This document shows positions 1 to 8,797 of a stretch of DNA of 64,000 nucleotides, in pieces; position 1 is the stretch's first letter; the number at the start of each line of letters is the position of its first letter. This DNA comes from an uncultured Calditrichota bacterium. Its GTDB lineage: Bacteria > Calditrichota > Calditrichia > Calditrichales > CAYPHA01. The DNA lies in assembly GCA_964410215.1 (NCBI GenBank), contig CAYPHA010000012.1:6308-70307 (forward strand), read 5' to 3'. The position numbers were made by a program, and so were the translations under genes. The notes beneath the pieces were generated by a model. That model saw only the letters and a program-made list of their open reading frames with translations. It did no database searches and was not told where the DNA came from.

Positions 1-67
1 AACACGATTCCATGAAAGCCAGCAAATCAGCCTTTTCCTGATTAGTTAAGATATTTGCTTCTTTCAT
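1..67 (-). CDS. 5' end of an unidentified CDS that runs off the left edge
   Basis: Minus-strand ATG at 67-65 is preceded by GGAG with a 5-nt spacer. The frame MKEANILTNQEKADLLAFMESC stays open to position 1. Only 22 codons are visible, so no family call is possible. Confidence 0.3.
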   Translation of the reverse strand, partial: MKEANILTNQEKADLLAFMESC

Positions 68-254
68 ATCATCTCCGGAGTTCTGTCTTATGTATATTAC
101 TAAAAATCGATTCCAATTACCAAAAATTAAGAAAATAGTGGCGAAATCGCCGGGAAACGGTTAACGTTTAGCCTTCAAAGCTATTTAACTGTAATGATTT
201 GCTTATCAGGCAGAACGACATTAATTTAAATTTTTTTTATAAGATGTACAGGAT

Positions 255-1538
255 ATGCCAACTGTTTCTCTACATACACTGGGCTGCCGTTTAAACCAGG
301 CCGAGACCGCCATTATTGCCAAAAAACTGCAGGTGGCGGGTTATGAGGTTGTTGAATACGGCCGGCCTTCCGATCTTACGGTCATTAATACCTGCACGGT
401 AACGGGCGAAGCGGATGCCAAATGCCGGCAGGCGGTCCGTAAAAGTATCCGTAAAAATCCGGATACCTTTGTCGCTGTTATCGGATGTTACGCACAGATG
501 GATGCCGAAACGATCAGCCGCATACATGGCGTCGATCTGATTATCGGTAACCAGTATAAATTTCAGATTCTTGATTACCTGGATCACCTGGAGAAACAGC
601 GTGAACCGCGTATTATTCATTCCCGGATTTCAAGAGATTCGTTCACGATCGATGAACAGGGACTCTTCGGGCAGAACACCCGGGCCAATTTAAAGATTCA
701 GGACGGTTGCAGCTTTGTCTGTTCCTTTTGCATTATCGCGAAAGCCAGAGGGCCGGCCCGAAGCAGGGAATTCGATGATATCCTCCGGGAAGCCCGGCAG
801 CTTGCCGCTTCCGGTCACCGGGAATTGATCCTGACCGGTGTCAATATCGGAACCTATAATAACGCAGGAAGAACATTTCTTGATCTGATTCGTGAACTGG
901 AAACGATTCCTGCATTAGAACGGGTGCGTATCAGTTCGATTGAACCAACGACGGTGGATTTTGATCTCATTGATTATATGGCCGGTTCGGAGAAAATGTG
1001 CCGGTACCTGCATATACCGTTGCAGAGCGGCGATGACCGGATCCTGGAATCGATGCGGCGGAAACATACGGCCCGTGAATTCGCGGATATTATTGAATAC
1101 GCGGTGAAGCGCATTCCGGATGTCGGGATCGGTACCGATATCATGGTAGGCTATCCCGGTGAAGGCGATGCCGCGTTCCGCAATACGAAAAAGTTGCTGG
1201 CAGACCTTCCGGTCGCCTATTTCCATGTATTTAACTATTCTGACCGTAAGGGCACGGCGTCGTGGAAAATGGAACCTAAAGTGGACCATCATATCCGCAA
1301 AGAACGCGCGCGCATCATGATCGAAATGGGAAACCGGAAAAAACACGCCTTTTACAACCGGTTTCTTGACACGCGTGTGAAAACCTTGTTTGAAGACCGA
1401 AAAAACGGTCAGTGGAGTGGCTTGACGGATAATTATATACGCGTACATGTCCATGCTGAAAGGGATCTGTACAATACGATCAGATCGGTGAAACTGGTCG
1501 ATGTGGAAGGCGACCATATACGTGGAGAATGTGATTGA
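255..1538 (+). CDS. mtaB: radical-SAM methylthiotransferase, MtaB-like (tRNA ms2t6A37)
   Basis: N-terminal MTTase domain (SLHTLGCRLNQAETA). Radical-SAM CxxxCxxC motif (QDGCSFVCSFC). TRAM-like C-terminus. 427 aa. Confidence 0.8.
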   Translation: MPTVSLHTLGCRLNQAETAIIAKKLQVAGYEVVEYGRPSDLTVINTCTVTGEADAKCRQAVRKSIRKNPDTFVAVIGCYAQMDAETISRIHGVDLIIGNQYKFQILDYLDHLEKQREPRIIHSRISRDSFTIDEQGLFGQNTRANLKIQDGCSFVCSFCIIAKARGPARSREFDDILREARQLAASGHRELILTGVNIGTYNNAGRTFLDLIRELETIPALERVRISSIEPTTVDFDLIDYMAGSEKMCRYLHIPLQSGDDRILESMRRKHTAREFADIIEYAVKRIPDVGIGTDIMVGYPGEGDAAFRNTKKLLADLPVAYFHVFNYSDRKGTASWKMEPKVDHHIRKERARIMIEMGNRKKHAFYNRFLDTRVKTLFEDRKNGQWSGLTDNYIRVHVHAERDLYNTIRSVKLVDVEGDHIRGECD

Positions 1539-2836
1539 AAAAAGTATATATAGAAACATATGGCTGCCAGATGAATGAGTACGATACGGAGATTGTAAAA
1601 ACGATTTTGTCTGAGCACCATTATACATTTACTCCCGACCCTGAAGAAGCCGGTGTTATTTTTCTGAATACCTGTTCCGTGCGCGAAAATGCACATCAGA
1701 AAGTGCAACAGCGGATCAATAACCTGAAGCAGTTGAAGCGGTCAAATAACGAGCTTGTTCTTGGTGTGCTGGGATGCATGGCCCAGAGCCTGCGCAGGGA
1801 ATTGCTGAAAGAAAACGTAGGGGTGGATATTGTGGCTGGTCCGGACAGCTATAAAAAATTACCGGGTATGCTGGCCAGGATAGAAGAAACAGGGGAAAAA
1901 GACGCCTATCTGAAACTTTCTGAATATGAAACGTATAGCGACATATTTCCAAGGCCCGAAGGCACCATAAATGCCTGGATTGCCGTTATGCGCGGGTGTG
2001 ATAATTTCTGTACCTTCTGCGTTGTGCCTTACACACGGGGGAGGGAACGCAGCCGGGATCCGTTCAATGTTAAAGAAGAAGTAGACAGACTCGCTTCACA
2101 GGGATTTCAACAGATCACCCTGCTGGGGCAGAATGTGAATTCTTACCGTTATCAGGACCATGATTTTGCAGACCTGGTCGACATTGTCAGCGAAGTGGAG
2201 GGTATCCGCCGGATCCGTTTTACGTCGCCACATCCCAAAGATTTCCCGATAAGGTTGCTGGAAACCGTTGCCCGTAATCCCAAAGCCTGTGAACATATCC
2301 ATCTGCCCCTTCAGTCCGGCAGCAACCGTATCCTGGATATGATGAACCGAACCTATACGCGTGAAAATTTTCTGAAACTTGTGGATACCATGCGGAACAT
2401 GATTCCAGGCCTGGTATTGACAACGGACGTAATTGTTGGATTCCCCACGGAAACGGAGGCTGAATTCCTGGAGACCATGGATGTGATGGAAACCGTCGGT
2501 TTCGATTCCGCTTTTATGTTTAAATACTCCGAACGAAATCATACACTGGCTAAACGACGCTTTAAAGATGATGTGAATGAAGCCGAAAAGACGTCCCGGA
2601 TCACCCGGCTGGTGGAATTGCAAAGACAGATGTCCCTGAAACGCAATGTGGAAAGCGTCGGCAATACCTACGAAGTGCTCGTAGAAGGGAACAGCCGGAA
2701 GCCAAACCAGTTGATGGGCAGGAACCGCGGCAACAAGATCATCGTGTTTCCGGAAAACGGGGCCGGACCGGGCGATGTCGCCCATATCCGCGTACTGGAA
2801 GCGACGACGAATACACTCATTGGTGAACCCGTTTAA
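1535..2836 (+). CDS. miaB: tRNA-2-methylthio-N6-dimethylallyladenosine synthase MiaB
   Basis: Canonical MiaB N-terminus KKVYIETYGCQMNEYD. Radical-SAM motif RGCDNFCTFCVVPYTRG. TRAM C-terminus. TTG start overlaps the mtaB stop. Confidence 0.9.
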   Translation: MKKVYIETYGCQMNEYDTEIVKTILSEHHYTFTPDPEEAGVIFLNTCSVRENAHQKVQQRINNLKQLKRSNNELVLGVLGCMAQSLRRELLKENVGVDIVAGPDSYKKLPGMLARIEETGEKDAYLKLSEYETYSDIFPRPEGTINAWIAVMRGCDNFCTFCVVPYTRGRERSRDPFNVKEEVDRLASQGFQQITLLGQNVNSYRYQDHDFADLVDIVSEVEGIRRIRFTSPHPKDFPIRLLETVARNPKACEHIHLPLQSGSNRILDMMNRTYTRENFLKLVDTMRNMIPGLVLTTDVIVGFPTETEAEFLETMDVMETVGFDSAFMFKYSERNHTLAKRRFKDDVNEAEKTSRITRLVELQRQMSLKRNVESVGNTYEVLVEGNSRKPNQLMGRNRGNKIIVFPENGAGPGDVAHIRVLEATTNTLIGEPV

Positions 2837-2848
2837 CACGGAAAAAAT

Positions 2849-3805
2849 GTGTTCAGTTTCGATAAAGACATACGGATCGATGACATTCGTCTCTGGCTGG
2901 ATTCCAGACGGAAACGCGATGCCGGTTTTATTTCCCATGCCCATGCCGATCATTTCGCCAACCACAAACGAATAATCTGTACGCCGGCCACGGGACGCTT
3001 CCTGGAAAAACGCCTGCGAAACCCCCGTTACGAATCACTGCCGTATCATCATAGACTGGAGATGGACGATTATACACTTGAAACCTATCCGGCAGGCCAT
3101 ATTCTCGGCTCTGCGCAGATAAAAATTTCCAATTCATCCATGTCCCTCTTATACACCGGCGATTTTAAACTGGAACCGTCACGTACCGTTGAGCCGTTTG
3201 AGTATGCGAAGGCAGATATCGTTATTATGGAAACGACCTTCGGGAAACCACACTACCGCACTCCGCCAAGGCAGGAAGTCGAGGATCAACTGATAACAAC
3301 CTGCACTGATTTGCTCAGACAGAACCGGGTGCCGGTCGTGTTCGCCTACAGCCTGGGAAAAGGGCAGGAGGCATTGAAAATTCTGTCCGGGGCCGGTTTA
3401 CGCGTGGCCGTCGACTACAGTATCCTGAAATTCGTACCCATTTACCAGGCATTCGGTGTGACCTTCCCCGTATTTGAAAAATTCAAAAAGAGTGAATTCC
3501 GTGACAGGGTGCTGCTCCTTCCGCCCTCGTTCCGCCACCACCGTTACATAAAATCTCTTCCGGGGGTGTACAGTATCTTTTTATCGGGCTGGGGTCTGGA
3601 CGAACGCTCCCGCTCGCGTTTCGGCGTGGACCGGGTGATACCCCTGAGTGATCATGCGGATTTCAGTCAGCTCATGCAATTCGTTGAAAATGTAAAACCT
3701 GAATGCATCTATTGTACACACGGGATGAAAACTTTTATTGATATTCTGAATGCCGCGGGCTTCCGTGCGTTCGAACTGCTAAACAATACAGGTACCTGCG
3801 TATGA
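2849..3805 (+). CDS. metallo-beta-lactamase-fold hydrolase, beta-CASP/COG1236-like (putative nuclease)
   Basis: HxHxDH motif (SHAHADHF) and later LSDHAD motif. Length and layout resemble small MBL/beta-CASP exonucleases. Substrate unknown. Confidence 0.6.
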   Translation: MFSFDKDIRIDDIRLWLDSRRKRDAGFISHAHADHFANHKRIICTPATGRFLEKRLRNPRYESLPYHHRLEMDDYTLETYPAGHILGSAQIKISNSSMSLLYTGDFKLEPSRTVEPFEYAKADIVIMETTFGKPHYRTPPRQEVEDQLITTCTDLLRQNRVPVVFAYSLGKGQEALKILSGAGLRVAVDYSILKFVPIYQAFGVTFPVFEKFKKSEFRDRVLLLPPSFRHHRYIKSLPGVYSIFLSGWGLDERSRSRFGVDRVIPLSDHADFSQLMQFVENVKPECIYCTHGMKTFIDILNAAGFRAFELLNNTGTCV

Positions 3806-5211
3806 AACTATCAAAGATTAAACTTCCCAATACGATCGTTCTAATTTTTTTCATAACTATCATTGTGGCGGTGTTAACCTGGATCATTCCCGGCGGGCAG
3901 TATGAACGGGTTGAAGCAGACGGCAGGGAATTCCTGGATCCGGATTCGTATACACAGGTGGAAAATGTCCCCCAGGGACCGGGTGACCTTTTAATGGCCC
4001 CGTTGCGCGGTTTTATCAGTGCCGCGAACATCATCGGTTTTGTTTTGCTCATCGGTGGCGCCTTTTTTGTCATTCAGAAAACCGGTGCGGTCGATGCCTT
4101 CATTTTCAAAGTCGCGGCGCTTCATAAAATACATCCCTGGATGCAGCGGGTAACGATTCCACTGATGGTGATTCTGTTCTCCTTTTTCGGATCGACATTC
4201 GGTATGAGCGAAGAAATTATCCCCTTTATCCTGATCCTGGTGCCTATGGCCATTTCACTGGGTTACGATTCCATCATCGGTGTGGCGGTGCCGTTCGTCG
4301 GTGCCGGTGTCGGCTTTGCCGGAGCTTTCCTCAATCCGTTCACGATCGGGATCGCTCAGGGGATTGCCGAATTGCCCCCCTTCTCCGGCATGATGTACCG
4401 CATCTTCTGCTGGGTTGTCATTACGACTGTCACGATTACCGTATTGATGATGTATGCGGCACGTCTGCGCAGGAATCCGCGAAAGAGCCCTGTTTATGAT
4501 ATTGATCAATACTGGCGCGATCATGTCGAAGAGGTAAAAAAATCAGGAACGGTAAATCACCTGACACGTCAGCACATTGCCGTTCTTATCATATTTGCTT
4601 TGGCGATTCTGATGCTGATTGCCGGGGTAACTGTTTATGGATGGTATATAACAGAACTTTCCGCCCTGTTCATCGGCCTGGCGCTGGTGGCCGGAATGAT
4701 CGGCAGATTGTCTGTCAATACAATCGCCGAGACGTTTATCGAAGGCGCACGTGAGCTGGTCATGGTCGCTTTCATCATCGCCCTGGCCAAATCAATTCTG
4801 GTGCTCGCCTCGGACGGACAGATTATCGACAGCATTCTGCACGGATTGTCTTCTCTTGTCAGCGGCACGCATCCCGTTTTTGCAGCGCAGTTGATGTTTA
4901 TGGTTCAGAGTGTGATTAATATCTTTATACCCTCCGGGAGCGGACAGGCCGCCCTTATCATGCCCATCATGGCTCCGTTGTCCGATCTTTTGAATGTGAC
5001 CCGGCAGACGGCTGTGCTGGCCTTCCAGTTCGGTGACGGTTTTACCAATCTCATTATACCTACTTCCGGTGTAACGATGGGAGTCCTGGGAATAGCCCGC
5101 ATTCCCTATGAAAAATGGTTCCTGTGGATGCTGCCTTTTCAGATTGTCCTTTTCGTGGTCGGCCTCCTGTTGCTGATCCCACCCGTTCTGATGGAATGGG
5201 GACCGTTCTGA
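3802..5211 (+). CDS. YfcC/DcuC-type anaerobic carrier family membrane transporter
   Basis: N-terminus KLPNTIVLIFFITIIVAVLTWIIPGGQYER is typical of the YfcC family. About 11-12 hydrophobic segments. ATGA overlap with the preceding gene. Confidence 0.65.
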   Translation: MKLSKIKLPNTIVLIFFITIIVAVLTWIIPGGQYERVEADGREFLDPDSYTQVENVPQGPGDLLMAPLRGFISAANIIGFVLLIGGAFFVIQKTGAVDAFIFKVAALHKIHPWMQRVTIPLMVILFSFFGSTFGMSEEIIPFILILVPMAISLGYDSIIGVAVPFVGAGVGFAGAFLNPFTIGIAQGIAELPPFSGMMYRIFCWVVITTVTITVLMMYAARLRRNPRKSPVYDIDQYWRDHVEEVKKSGTVNHLTRQHIAVLIIFALAILMLIAGVTVYGWYITELSALFIGLALVAGMIGRLSVNTIAETFIEGARELVMVAFIIALAKSILVLASDGQIIDSILHGLSSLVSGTHPVFAAQLMFMVQSVINIFIPSGSGQAALIMPIMAPLSDLLNVTRQTAVLAFQFGDGFTNLIIPTSGVTMGVLGIARIPYEKWFLWMLPFQIVLFVVGLLLLIPPVLMEWGPF

Positions 5212-5299
5212 GGGAGACGTTTCCATATTTTCGTTGCCTCTTGCTCAATTTCATCATATCTTTCAATTTGTATATTTCAAACGATCCGGTTCTTCGCCC

Positions 5300-7885
5300 A
5301 TGATACAACGACTGACGCGTATTCCTCACAGATATACCTTTTCCGCTATTCTTTTTATGATTCTGACGGTCCTGTCATTCACCGGCTTCCGGTGGAATAA
5401 ATCGATAAGGGAGCAGGAGAGCGACATGCATTTTCGTCTCCGTGGCAGCCGGCCGGTCAGCGAAAGCCTGTTCCTTGTTTATGTCGGATCGGAAGATATT
5501 GCCGAGCTGGGCGGGTGGCCGCTCACCCGGGACTACTACGGCTATCTTCTGCATGTGTTAAAGGACCTGAAATCCCGTACGGTCGGACTGGATATCATGT
5601 TCAGTTCCCCCGATCGTCATCATCCCGAATATGATCAGCTTCTGAGCGATTTCATAGCCGCTCATGGAAATATCTGCCTGCCCATGACCTTTGCTGAAAT
5701 GGATGGGGAAGACAAGCGGGAACCGGAAGGCAGCGAGCCCGCTTTTCCTCTTAAACAACTGGAAGAATCCGCGGCAGGTCTTGGTTTCAGTAATATCGGT
5801 GATGAACTTGTCGTCAGGCGACCACCGGTTGTGGCTCGTTATAACGAGAAAGCGGTTTTGTCATTCGGAGCCGAGCTGGCCCGTCTTCATCTGGGATCCG
5901 GTAAAGACATTTTCACGGACGGCAGGGAACTGCGTATGCCCGATTCAAGCGGAAACTGGCGTCGCTTTTCTCTGGATGCGGGCGGAGAACTGCTGTTGAA
6001 TCATTTCGGGGACATAGAAGAAATTCCTTCGATCAGCCTGGTCAATCTGTTCAAACAGTACCGGCAGCATCCCGATACACTGTTGTTGAAGGATAAACTC
6101 GTTCTGGTCGCTGTTACAGCACCGGGTACGGCCGCGCTGGTATCGACGCCACTCAATTCATTGTTTCCCGCGTCCCTCATCCATGCGACCGTTGCAGAAA
6201 ACATCTTGTCAGAAAACAGTATCCGTCAGCCGGGTCAGCTTGTCAATGTTATGATCCTTCTGATTTTTGCGGCAATTCCCGTCTTCCTTGCAGGCAGGCT
6301 TCAGGGCAGGCAATTACTCGTGGTGATTTCCGGTATTATCTTGCTGAGCTGGTTCGGGGCGCATGCCGTATTCATATGGCTGAACGGATCCGTCACGCTG
6401 TTTTATCCGGTGCTCGGACTCTTATTGAACACAGCTATACAGTCTGGTTATGTGATAAAACAACGGCGAAATGAAGATGCTGCGCTGCGTTCTCTTCTCA
6501 ATGAGCAGGTTTCATTTAAGACATCGCAGCTCCAGGCCGCCCGTGAAGAGCTGAACCTTCTGAAATCCCAATTGACGGAAGAAGAACAGCTATCGCGTCA
6601 GGTCAGGGAACGTACAGAAGCGCAAAACGCGGCAATCAGGAAACTGGAAAAGGAAGTGCGTGATCTTAAACAGTATGATCTCAGCCAGGAGAAAGCAGCG
6701 AAACTTCCGGACTTCAAAGAAATCGTACACGCGCCGGACAGTAAGCTCAGGGATGTGCTGCAAATGGTTATGAAGGTCAGTGATGACGATATTCCGGTAC
6801 TGATCACAGGTGAAACCGGAACGGGAAAAGAGATGATCGCTCATACCATACACCGGACAGGATTGAGAAAAACGGCTCCCTTTATCGCAGTTAATTGTGG
6901 TGCCTTATCGGAGACCCTCCTGGAAAGTGAATTATTCGGTCATGAAAAGGGCAGTTTCACCGGTGCGGTTTCCCGGCGGAAGGGGCGTTTTGAACGGGCC
7001 GACGGCGGCACTATCTTTCTGGACGAAATCTCGGAAACATCCGCGTCTTTTCAGGCGAAGTTGTTACGTGTTTTACAGGAAGGTACGTTTGAGCGACTGG
7101 GTGCCGAACAGACCCTGCGGGCCGATGTACGCATCATTGCCGCGACAAACAAGGATCTTCAGGCGGAACAGGCGGAGAACCGTTTCCGTTCCGACCTTTT
7201 TTACCGGCTGAACGGCTTCCCGATACAGCTTCCGCCGCTGCGGGGGCGTCAGTCCGATATACCGCTGCTTTGCGCGCATTTTTTAAAGAAGTATGGTTTT
7301 GAACGTATCACCGGTATTTCCGACAGGGCCATGGATCTGATGAGGGGTTATGCCTGGCCGGGCAATGTGCGTGAACTGGAAAACACGGTCCGGCGCGCGG
7401 CCATTCTGGCGCAAAGCGCCGGACGTGAACAGATCAGGGAAGCTGATCTGCCTGAAGAGATGCGGCACATGGACCGCGGGGACGTATTGGCAGAGGTGCA
7501 CGTTCCCCTGGAAGATCAGATTCTGCAATCACTCCGTCGTCTGGCATTTTCCCGTTCCGCCATCAAAGAAACAGCCCGGGCCCTGGGCAACCGCGACCGG
7601 GGCACCATCACGGAATATTTCCGCGGCATCTGTTTTGAGCACCTGGTTCAATGCGGATTCGACTGTGAAGCCGCCTGCAAATCGATTGCCGGGCAGGATG
7701 AAGGTGCTCAAGCGGAGACCGTTGCAAACGTGAAACGGAAGCTGAACGCATATATGGATAATCTCAACAATATACGTGAAAAATCATCCACCGAAGACCT
7801 TTCATCCGCCTATAAGGGCCTGCCGAAAAAGTACCATGCGTATCTTGATCAGGTTATTGCAAACCTGGATACGCTGACCGGATAG
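5300..7885 (+). CDS. membrane-bound sigma-54-dependent transcriptional activator (bEBP) with an N-terminal periplasmic CHASE2 sensor domain
   Basis: Layout: N-terminal TM, CHASE2-like block (GGWPLTRDYYGYLL, VGLDIMF), three TM helices, coiled coil, then an AAA+ sigma-54 interaction domain. AAA+ motifs seen: GETGTGKE, ESELFGHEKGSFTGA, GGTIFLDEI, RIIAATN, FRSDLFYRL. Weak Fis-like HTH at the C-terminus. ATG at 5300 is preferred over the TTG at 5234 used in the track. Confidence 0.8.
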   Translation: MIQRLTRIPHRYTFSAILFMILTVLSFTGFRWNKSIREQESDMHFRLRGSRPVSESLFLVYVGSEDIAELGGWPLTRDYYGYLLHVLKDLKSRTVGLDIMFSSPDRHHPEYDQLLSDFIAAHGNICLPMTFAEMDGEDKREPEGSEPAFPLKQLEESAAGLGFSNIGDELVVRRPPVVARYNEKAVLSFGAELARLHLGSGKDIFTDGRELRMPDSSGNWRRFSLDAGGELLLNHFGDIEEIPSISLVNLFKQYRQHPDTLLLKDKLVLVAVTAPGTAALVSTPLNSLFPASLIHATVAENILSENSIRQPGQLVNVMILLIFAAIPVFLAGRLQGRQLLVVISGIILLSWFGAHAVFIWLNGSVTLFYPVLGLLLNTAIQSGYVIKQRRNEDAALRSLLNEQVSFKTSQLQAAREELNLLKSQLTEEEQLSRQVRERTEAQNAAIRKLEKEVRDLKQYDLSQEKAAKLPDFKEIVHAPDSKLRDVLQMVMKVSDDDIPVLITGETGTGKEMIAHTIHRTGLRKTAPFIAVNCGALSETLLESELFGHEKGSFTGAVSRRKGRFERADGGTIFLDEISETSASFQAKLLRVLQEGTFERLGAEQTLRADVRIIAATNKDLQAEQAENRFRSDLFYRLNGFPIQLPPLRGRQSDIPLLCAHFLKKYGFERITGISDRAMDLMRGYAWPGNVRELENTVRRAAILAQSAGREQIREADLPEEMRHMDRGDVLAEVHVPLEDQILQSLRRLAFSRSAIKETARALGNRDRGTITEYFRGICFEHLVQCGFDCEAACKSIAGQDEGAQAETVANVKRKLNAYMDNLNNIREKSSTEDLSSAYKGLPKKYHAYLDQVIANLDTLTG

Positions 7886-7968
7886 TTCATCAAACGCATT
7901 CCGGACAGACAAAAATCAGTTGCTCATTCAGATGTTAAAAGGAATGCAGTACGCCGGCCAATAAAACT

Positions 7969-8000
7969 TTATGCGGAAAAATTCCGCATAAGATTTTTTT
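7969..8000 (+). terminator. intrinsic terminator after the bEBP gene (the same sequence could also be an activator-binding palindrome)
   Basis: Perfect 10-bp stem TTATGCGGAA/TTCCGCATAA with a 3-nt loop, followed by GA and T7. Confidence 0.6.
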
Positions 8001-8063
8001 CCCTCATAATTTCACGAATCTGCAAGCATTTTTAAACCATTAAATAACAAGTGTTTATATGTA

Positions 8064-8080
8064 TTGGCACGCCTCTTGAT
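8064..8080 (+). promoter_or_regulatory. candidate sigma-54 (-24/-12) promoter
   Basis: TTGGCACGCCTCTTGAT compared with the consensus YTGGCACG-N4-TTGCW; the -12 C is A. It lies about 50 nt upstream of the ATG at 8131. Confidence 0.5.
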
Positions 8081-8130
8081 ATAAATTATTGCAGAACGCA
8101 ACATCAATCATTTAATTTCAGGAGGTACGT

Positions 8131-8781
8131 ATGAAACGTATAACACATTTGATCGTATACATGATCATCGTATTGGTAACAGTGTCCACAGTGAAAGCAA
8201 AGGCTGAGGAAAAACTGTATGCCACGGGAATCGGACTGCGAGGCTCTTTCTATAATATGTCCGGCCAGACATCCACGATCTATGTCAGGGATCATTGTTG
8301 TGATTCCGACGTGCATGTCGGTGGATTCGGCGGGGCCCTTTTTCTGAATTCCCGAATAAACAGACAACTGGTTTTCGAAATCACGATCGGAGCCATCGGA
8401 CGTGTTGAGAATGAGTCGGTGTATTTTGATGAGGAAGAGGTGGATGTTTCAGCCGTAAGCCCGCTGCTGTTCGGCGTTCGCTTCGAGCCTACCCAGTTTT
8501 ATCAGGTTAACAATGTGACACCTTATGTATCGGCAGGACTGGGTCCATACTGGACATCCGATATTCATGTCCGGGAAACGACCTTTGATGAAGAAGTTAA
8601 TATTAAAACAACGGTGCATCCCGGAGGATTCTTTGGCGGCGGATTTAATTTTGCAATAACCGATGGATTTGCAGTGAATTTCGATTTAAAATACCATATG
8701 ATCAAAATGGACCCGAATCATGAATTCAGCGGACTGGAATACGGAATAGGTTTCCAGGTTTCCTGGGGCGATTTTAACTAA
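8131..8781 (+). CDS. small outer-membrane beta-barrel protein (OmpW/OmpA-barrel-like)
   Basis: Signal peptide. Alternating amphipathic beta-strands with GG/aromatic girdles. C-terminal GIGFQVSWGDFN. GGAGG RBS. Confidence 0.6.
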   Translation: MKRITHLIVYMIIVLVTVSTVKAKAEEKLYATGIGLRGSFYNMSGQTSTIYVRDHCCDSDVHVGGFGGALFLNSRINRQLVFEITIGAIGRVENESVYFDEEEVDVSAVSPLLFGVRFEPTQFYQVNNVTPYVSAGLGPYWTSDIHVRETTFDEEVNIKTTVHPGGFFGGGFNFAITDGFAVNFDLKYHMIKMDPNHEFSGLEYGIGFQVSWGDFN

Positions 8782-8797
8782 GCGATCAGGAGAGGTA

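Noticed and set aside
2096-2965. 289-aa minus-strand ORF; likewise 915-1628, 8786-9475, 38190-38738, 42513-43115, 52093-52740, 56328-56966 and 61513-62100.
   Set aside because: Each lies antisense inside a well-supported gene with clear family motifs. Their translations are low-complexity or Arg/His/Phe-rich with no motifs. They are shadow ORFs.
5234-5299. TTG-initiated 22-codon N-terminal extension of the CHASE2 activator used in the ORF track.
   Set aside because: The extension (MPLAQFHHIFQFVYFKRSGSSP) precedes the ATG at 5300 and adds nothing recognisable. The TM anchor follows the ATG. The choice remains uncertain.
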